Of a stretch of 29,168 bases of DNA, positions 23,857 to 29,168 are shown one piece after another. The notes beneath the pieces are model-generated. The model was not told the DNA's origin. It was given only the letters and a program-made list of their open reading frames with translations, and did not search any database. Numbering within the stretch: the first letter of the stretch is position 1; each line of letters opens with the position of its first letter. Position numbers and translations under genes: made by a program. Source of the DNA: Bacteroidota bacterium (GTDB lineage Bacteria; Bacteroidota; Bacteroidia; J057); the NCBI GenBank assembly GCA_038534415.1, contig JBCAWW010000001.1, positions 1-29,168 on the forward strand. Reading direction: 5' to 3'.

Positions 23857-24744
23857 AAGCGTCCCTTCCGTTTTTTTGTGCCAATAACGCAGTAGGCCCG
23901 CGACACTCATATAAGAAGGATTTGCTGCCTCATATCTAGCGGCACCCGCTTCATCTAGCCCGGCGGCAATCAACTGTTGATGGGCATATGCTTGAAACTC
24001 CGGCACTACCTCTGGGGCTTTGCGACCTGCATCGTACTGAGGTTTCATCCAAGCGGCCCAGTCGTGGAGAATGGCTTCCAACTCATTGAGGTGCTCGCTG
24101 ACATTGTCAATCGCCCCAAAGTGTGTCAGATATAGCTGCTTAGGATTTTGGGCGCGTAGGATATTGATAGATGCTATCCACTGTTCGATATTGATATCAG
24201 GTGGTGGACAAGGTGGTACTACGGGACCCCCATTGATTTTACAACCTGCTACATCGCCGGCAAAAATCACCTCCCCGACTTGCCAAGCGATATGGTGGCT
24301 TGCATGGCCGGGCGTATGCCAAGCTTTGAAAGTGGTGTCTCCGACTTGAATTTCGCGTTCGTCATCGACGGACTCCAAAAGAGGCTCTGGAATCGGCTCC
24401 ATCAAACCCCAAAGTGCCTCCATCATATCGCCATAGATGCGTTTGGCGGAGCCATAAAGCCGACTGGGATCAAGCAAATGTTTATAGCCTCTCGGGTGGA
24501 CGTACACTTTTGCTCCCGCCTGTGCCAAGGCCCAGGCTGCCCCCGCATGATCAAAATGGATATGCGATAAAAATACGTGCTTGATGTCCGCTAACTCATA
24601 GCCCAAAGCTTTGAGTTCGGAACTAAGTCGCGGCAAGACAGAGTGAGGGCCTGTCTCAACTAAGACGGGCCCTGCACTGCTTTCTATGACAAAGGCAGCA
24701 ATTGCCTGTTTTACTTGAAATTCGAGGTCGAGTGTATGAATCAT
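23848..24744 (-). CDS. MBL-fold metallo-hydrolase
   Basis: LVETGP, SHIHFDHAG (HxHxDH), HTPGHASHH and FAGD; no signal peptide. Confidence 0.92.
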   Translation of the reverse strand: MIHTLDLEFQVKQAIAAFVIESSAGPVLVETGPHSVLPRLSSELKALGYELADIKHVFLSHIHFDHAGAAWALAQAGAKVYVHPRGYKHLLDPSRLYGSAKRIYGDMMEALWGLMEPIPEPLLESVDDEREIQVGDTTFKAWHTPGHASHHIAWQVGEVIFAGDVAGCKINGGPVVPPCPPPDINIEQWIASINILRAQNPKQLYLTHFGAIDNVSEHLNELEAILHDWAAWMKPQYDAGRKAPEVVPEFQAYAHQQLIAAGLDEAGAARYEAANPSYMSVAGLLRYWHKKTEGTLSI

Positions 24745-24750
24745 CTTTGC

Positions 24751-27039
24751 TTATTGTCTCACTAATTTGTGGTGCCAAACACTTTCTCCTTGCTCGATTT
24801 GGAGGAGGTATACGCCTTTGGGATACGCGCTGAGGTCCAAAGATAATTGGCCGGCGCGACTCTCTCGGCTCAAGATCGTCTGTCCGAGACTATTGCGCAA
24901 ATATAAGTGATACGATTGTTGATTTGGGTTTTGCAGCTTGACCTGAAATCTTCCTTCAGATGGGTTGGGGAAGATGAGCGGACGCGCGGGATCCTGTTCT
25001 GGGTCGACTGAGAGAGGCGGATTCTCCGAACGCTTCCCCTGCACCAACTGTAAGCCACCGCGGATACTCCCGACGATAAAACTGTAAAAGTCCGAAGTAT
25101 CGAGTTGTGCAATGGCCGGAGCAGAGAAGGTGCCAAAATCATAGTCAAAAGGCATGGGTTGGGCAACCAATTGAGCACTTAGACCAGCGGATAGATCGGT
25201 ATAAAGTTCAAGGTAGCCTTGATCGCCGCCGATAAACATTTCTGGCTCGCCATCACCGTCATAGTCTACGATGCGTGGCTTACTGTTGCCCGAAAAGTTA
25301 CTGCCAAAGACATTGGAAAGCTTGATATTGCCAAAGGCACTCGACACTTGCGTAAAGGCAAAGCTTTGGGCAGTACCGGTATTTTCATAATAATTGATCC
25401 AGCCATGCTCTTCACCAATAAAGAGGTCTAGGTCTTGGTCGCCATCAAAATCGTAAAGCTCGGGCGCACTTAGGTTGCCAATATCAATGGTATCGCCAGC
25501 CGCATCTTTGAGTTCTTCGGTGATTTTGATGTAGATTGCGTTTTGGCCTGGGCTGGAGGCATTTTCATAGTAAGCCAACTTGCCAGCTTGATAACCCAGC
25601 AACAAATCATCGTCTCCATCTCCATCTAGATCTCCAGCAGCAATGGTCACATTGGTCATAGGCACGCCCTGAGTACCGATGCCCAAAAAGTTAGAATCTG
25701 CTAAGGTATAAGCAGGCGCTTCGGCCGTACCAGTATTGCGATATAAGCGCAGCTCATAACGAGTTTCCAAGCCATTGCTAGTATGATAACCCGCAGAACC
25801 ATGACTTACGAGTAGGTCTAATAGGCCATCGCCTTCATAATCAAAAAAGGCCGGAGCGGAGAAGTTACCCATGTCGATTTGTTCATCTACGATGAAACTT
25901 CGGCCGCGGAACTTGAAGTCTGGATTGTCATCTAGCCCATCGTTGTGATACCAAGCCATACCGCGACTGGTTTCTCCCCCTCCCAGGGTTTCGTTGGGGG
26001 CAAGGATAAGATCCTTGGTGCCATCATTGTCGATATCTTCATAAAATATCCCTGGAAAGACATCTAAATCCGCCGGTATATCGGTTTGCGGATAATTCAC
26101 CTCTATCGAATCCATAAAGGCATAGTCTATACAGCCATTATTAAAAGTCGCTACGATATTGGGAAAGGAAATATCTCCGAGTAATAGATCTTTGAGGCCA
26201 TTGCCATCGAGGTCGATTGACAGTAGGGTCGTACCTGCATGGCGTGGGTCGCTTATATGCGTAGGAGGGGTAACTCGGATTCTTTTTTCAGGGATACAGT
26301 TTTCAAAACCTGCTTGAATGGGACAATTGGAGGTGTCCCCAATAAAGAGGGTATTATCACTGCTACTTTCAAAGAAGTGTCCCCAGCAAGCGGTTTCGCG
26401 ATCAAATACCAAGGTATCACAACGACCAAAATTCTCGACCGCAAGATTGCGGAGATAGGTCATACTGGTAAATACATTTTGGGGAGTGAGGATATCCAGG
26501 TCGCCATCATTATCCATATCTACAATGGCAGGAATATCATTTTTAGGGACTGCGAGTGGGATATAGTTTTGCGTGTACTGCGCCATCAAAGGATCATAGA
26601 CCAATTCAAAGCCTACAGAATCTCCATTGTAGATCACATTTTCATAAACCAATAACAGCCCTGTTTGCGTACCGCAAAATATATCTGCTCTGCCGTCGCA
26701 ATTATAATCCTCAAATAAGGTCCAAGTTGAGCAATCGCAGCTATCAAAATTGGTCCTAAACTCCGGGGCAAAGCGATAATCTACCTCATTGGCAGTACCC
26801 CCATTGACATAAACATTGAAAGTCTCGTCTGCCCGATCAAATAGGACGATGTCCAAGTTACCATCCAGATTGATGTCCACCGAAGACACCAAGGGATTAT
26901 TCATGCCACCGTTCCAAGCAAATGATTGGGTCTGACCGACAAAGTCAGTTACGGGAATATCTTGACTGGGGGCGTAAACGACTTGCGCGTCTAGCCTGAT
27001 TAGAAAAAGCCCTAAAAAAATAAAAAGGAGTGATCGCAT
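24751..27039 (-). CDS. FG-GAP/VCBS-repeat beta-propeller protein with T9SS type-A CTD
   Basis: Signal peptide ends ..RLDA|Q. Repeated D.D.DG..D loops (DINLDGNLD, DMDNDGDLD, DLDGNGLKD, DIDNDGTKD, DLDGDGDDD, DFDGDQDLD). CTD is IFPNPS..LRNSLGQ..LSAYPKGVYLLQI..KLVRQ. Confidence 0.9.
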   Translation of the reverse strand: MRSLLFIFLGLFLIRLDAQVVYAPSQDIPVTDFVGQTQSFAWNGGMNNPLVSSVDINLDGNLDIVLFDRADETFNVYVNGGTANEVDYRFAPEFRTNFDSCDCSTWTLFEDYNCDGRADIFCGTQTGLLLVYENVIYNGDSVGFELVYDPLMAQYTQNYIPLAVPKNDIPAIVDMDNDGDLDILTPQNVFTSMTYLRNLAVENFGRCDTLVFDRETACWGHFFESSSDNTLFIGDTSNCPIQAGFENCIPEKRIRVTPPTHISDPRHAGTTLLSIDLDGNGLKDLLLGDISFPNIVATFNNGCIDYAFMDSIEVNYPQTDIPADLDVFPGIFYEDIDNDGTKDLILAPNETLGGGETSRGMAWYHNDGLDDNPDFKFRGRSFIVDEQIDMGNFSAPAFFDYEGDGLLDLLVSHGSAGYHTSNGLETRYELRLYRNTGTAEAPAYTLADSNFLGIGTQGVPMTNVTIAAGDLDGDGDDDLLLGYQAGKLAYYENASSPGQNAIYIKITEELKDAAGDTIDIGNLSAPELYDFDGDQDLDLFIGEEHGWINYYENTGTAQSFAFTQVSSAFGNIKLSNVFGSNFSGNSKPRIVDYDGDGEPEMFIGGDQGYLELYTDLSAGLSAQLVAQPMPFDYDFGTFSAPAIAQLDTSDFYSFIVGSIRGGLQLVQGKRSENPPLSVDPEQDPARPLIFPNPSEGRFQVKLQNPNQQSYHLYLRNSLGQTILSRESRAGQLSLDLSAYPKGVYLLQIEQGESVWHHKLVRQ

Positions 27040-27104
27040 GGTCTAGGATATTTAATGGATGTGCTTTGCTAGGTAAATTTACGGATTTGTCAATGTAATA
27101 GTGT

Positions 27105-27112
27105 TACTTTTG
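27105..27112 (+). promoter_or_regulatory. Bacteroidota -7 promoter element TACTTTTG directly before murF
   Basis: Exact TAnnTTTG match; ATG at 27117 follows after 4 nt. TTTG at 27086-27089 is closer than the usual -33 spacing. Confidence 0.6.
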
Positions 27113-27116
27113 TAAT

Positions 27117-28430
27117 ATGACAACTAAAGGCCTATTAGACCTATTTCTTCGCTATCAATCTGTGAGTACTGACACACGCAAAGTGAAGAAAGGTGATATG
27201 TTCTTTGCTCTAAAAGGAGATAGATTTAACGGTAACCTTTTTGCGGCCCAAGCCCTTGAGGCTGGTGCAAGCCATGCGATTGTTGATGAAGCGGCGGTCT
27301 GTGTCGAAGGAGATGCTCGTTATCTATTGGTTGACAATGTCCTCTTGGCTTTACAGGACTTGGCTCGCGCCTATCGGCGAACGCTTGACATCCCTTTTTT
27401 GGGTATCACGGGTAGCAATGGTAAGACTACTACCAAAGAGTTGGTCTATGAGGTGTTGAGTATGCATAAAAACACCTTTGCCACTAAAGGCAATTTCAAC
27501 AATCATATCGGCGTGCCATTAACGCTCTTGTCTATTCCAGCAGAAACGGAGATCGCCATCATAGAGATGGGCGCCAATCAAGCGGGGGATATCAAAGAGC
27601 TGGCGGAGATTGCCGAACCCACTCACGGTCTGATCACCAATATCGGTCAAGCCCATCTCGAACGCTTTGGTTCACTCGATGGAGTACAAAAAACCAAGGG
27701 TGAGCTGTTTGATTTTCTACGAGCGAGTGGAGGGGTTTTGTTTGTCAATCTTGCAGATGAACGCGTAGTCAAGGCTGCCGCTTATGAAGATACTGATATT
27801 AGCTTTGGCACAGCTGAGGCAGATCATCAGATCGAATTGCTCGATCATCATCTTGAAGGGATGAGCCTGCGTTATACCAAGGCCGGCGCTGAGCCGCTGA
27901 GCTTGGATACACAATTGAGTGGTGGCTATAATGCCATGAATATATTGGTTGCAGCCATGCTTGGGGACTACTTTGGCGTTCCGCGAAGCGGAATACAAAA
28001 AGGAATCTACGGCTATCAGGCTACCAATAATCGAAGCGAAATCGTCAAAAAAGGCGATAAGACGATTTTGTTAGATGCTTACAACGCCAATCCCTCTTCT
28101 ATGCGGGCGGCGATTCAAAATATTTTTAGTTATCCTGACAAAAGCGTATTACTCATTTTGGGGGATATGTTAGAAATGGGGGAGGAAGAAGCGGAAATTC
28201 ATGCCGAATTGGGCCGTTTTGTCAATCAATTTGAGCCTAAACACACGATCGGAGTCGGGCCTAGGATGCAAAGCCTGGTACAGGAATTGGCTGGAGCTGC
28301 TAGCTGGTATGTCGATACCAAAAGTGCGCAAGAAGGGGTGCAAACCCATAGTAATGAGGTAGATATGATTCTAATAAAAGGCTCGCGAGGCATGGCTTTA
28401 GAAAACCTATTAGATCATATTTCCGTCTAA
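27117..28430 (+). CDS. murF: UDP-N-acetylmuramoyl-tripeptide--D-alanyl-D-alanine ligase
   Basis: STDTR, FFALKGDRFNG, GITGSNGKTTTKE (P-loop), NNHIGVPLTL, EMGANQAG, DAYNANPSSM, LGDMLEMG and KGSRG. Confidence 0.97.
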   Translation: MTTKGLLDLFLRYQSVSTDTRKVKKGDMFFALKGDRFNGNLFAAQALEAGASHAIVDEAAVCVEGDARYLLVDNVLLALQDLARAYRRTLDIPFLGITGSNGKTTTKELVYEVLSMHKNTFATKGNFNNHIGVPLTLLSIPAETEIAIIEMGANQAGDIKELAEIAEPTHGLITNIGQAHLERFGSLDGVQKTKGELFDFLRASGGVLFVNLADERVVKAAAYEDTDISFGTAEADHQIELLDHHLEGMSLRYTKAGAEPLSLDTQLSGGYNAMNILVAAMLGDYFGVPRSGIQKGIYGYQATNNRSEIVKKGDKTILLDAYNANPSSMRAAIQNIFSYPDKSVLLILGDMLEMGEEEAEIHAELGRFVNQFEPKHTIGVGPRMQSLVQELAGAASWYVDTKSAQEGVQTHSNEVDMILIKGSRGMALENLLDHISV

Positions 28431-28539
28431 TCCAATAAATAGTTCATTTCGAAACGCGAAAATTTGAATATTCCTATTCTGTTTCCGTTAGAATTTACTA
28501 GACAAGTGACCTTTTTTCATTCTACTTGTCAAAAGCATA

Positions 28540-28563
28540 CTTCTCTATTGGGGAATAGAGAAG
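28540..28563. other. Perfect 10-bp hairpin/palindrome upstream of the DUF4332 gene
   Basis: CTTCTCTATT-GGGG-AATAGAGAAG; no U-tract follows on the plus strand. Confidence 0.45.
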
Positions 28564-28598
28564 ATGACACACTATTAGGACATTAAATAAGGACGTAC

Positions 28599-29003
28599 AT
28601 GGCAAGTATCTCAGTAATTGAGGGAATTGGTAAACTCTATGCTCAAAAGCTCTCAGAGTATGGCATTAAAACAGTTGAGGATCTGTTAGAACAATGTGGC
28701 GCAAAGTCAGGCCGTAGAAAAGTAAGCAAGGACACTGCTATCGATGAAAAGAAACTACTGAACTGGACCAACAAAGCCGATCTTTTTCGGATCAAAGGGA
28801 TCAGTACTCAGTATTCAGACTTACTTGAGGCGTCTGGTGTTGACACAGTCAAAGAACTTCAACATCGAAACCCAGAAAATCTGCTGGAAAAGATGAGAGA
28901 GGTGAATCGAGCCAAAAAATTGGTGCGACAAGTACCTGCTTTCAGTCAAGTAGAAAGTTTTGTTGCCCAAGCTAAGCAGCTTGAACCTAAAGTAACTTAC
29001 TAA
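28599..29003 (+). CDS. DUF4332 domain protein (helix-hairpin-helix repeats)
   Basis: IEGIGKLYAQKLSEYGIKTVEDLL, W..KADLFRIKGI..QYSDLLEASGVDTVKELQHRNPENL, and VRQVP..SQVESFVAQAK. Confidence 0.85.
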   Translation: MASISVIEGIGKLYAQKLSEYGIKTVEDLLEQCGAKSGRRKVSKDTAIDEKKLLNWTNKADLFRIKGISTQYSDLLEASGVDTVKELQHRNPENLLEKMREVNRAKKLVRQVPAFSQVESFVAQAKQLEPKVTY

Positions 29004-29005
29004 GT

Positions 29006-29042
29006 AAAAACGGGGCTAACTATAGGCTTAGCCCTGTTTTTT
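29006..29042 (+). terminator. Intrinsic terminator
   Basis: AAAAACGGGGCTAA / TTAGCCCTGTTTTT stem with one G-T pair and a T-tract, 2 nt after the stop. Confidence 0.8.
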
Positions 29043-29168
29043 ACTCCCTTCTTTGTTGACGACAAAGTAGATTGTCAAGAGCAATACTAGTATCGCTCCT
29101 GATAATAGTGCGACAAAAGGACCAAAGTATTCAATTAATTCCATATCTTGTGGAGGTTTATTAGGGCA

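Noticed and set aside
29079-29098. GAGC-A-ATACTAGTAT-C-GCTC palindrome near the window end
   Set aside because: It is short, and the downstream gene lies outside the window, so it cannot be interpreted.

Overview
This is chromosomal DNA from a Bacteroidota bacterium, judged from three T9SS C-terminal sorting domains, TAnnTTTG promoter motifs and signal peptides followed by Gln. I support 13 protein-coding genes. In order they are: a 5'-partial LytS/YehU-type propeller sensor kinase with an in-frame TAA at 26-28; a cargo-less type-B T9SS CTD protein; an ABC1/UbiB kinase; a DAACS symporter; a peptidoglycan-binding lysozyme-superfamily protein; an acyltransferase-3; a giant 3656-aa T9SS-secreted adhesin; an AlgI-like MBOAT plus AlgJ/AlgX-like pair; aroE; an MBL hydrolase; an FG-GAP T9SS protein; murF; and a DUF4332 protein. 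I saw no rRNA, tRNA, CRISPR array, transposase or phage genes. The best candidate for an undescribed system is the adhesin. It has about 22 Ig-like domains, 14 of which keep a Lys/Asp/Asn isopeptide triad while 7 have lost it, and it is flanked on both sides by O-acyl-transfer genes. Non-coding signals include a 143/142-bp palindrome-rich tandem repeat, a GTCATTCC/GGAATGAC REP-like element, heptamer arrays overlapping several stop codons, a 21-bp-period direct repeat, and three genes whose -7 promoter box abuts the ATG (probably leaderless). All family assignments come from motif recognition by eye; no database search was run.
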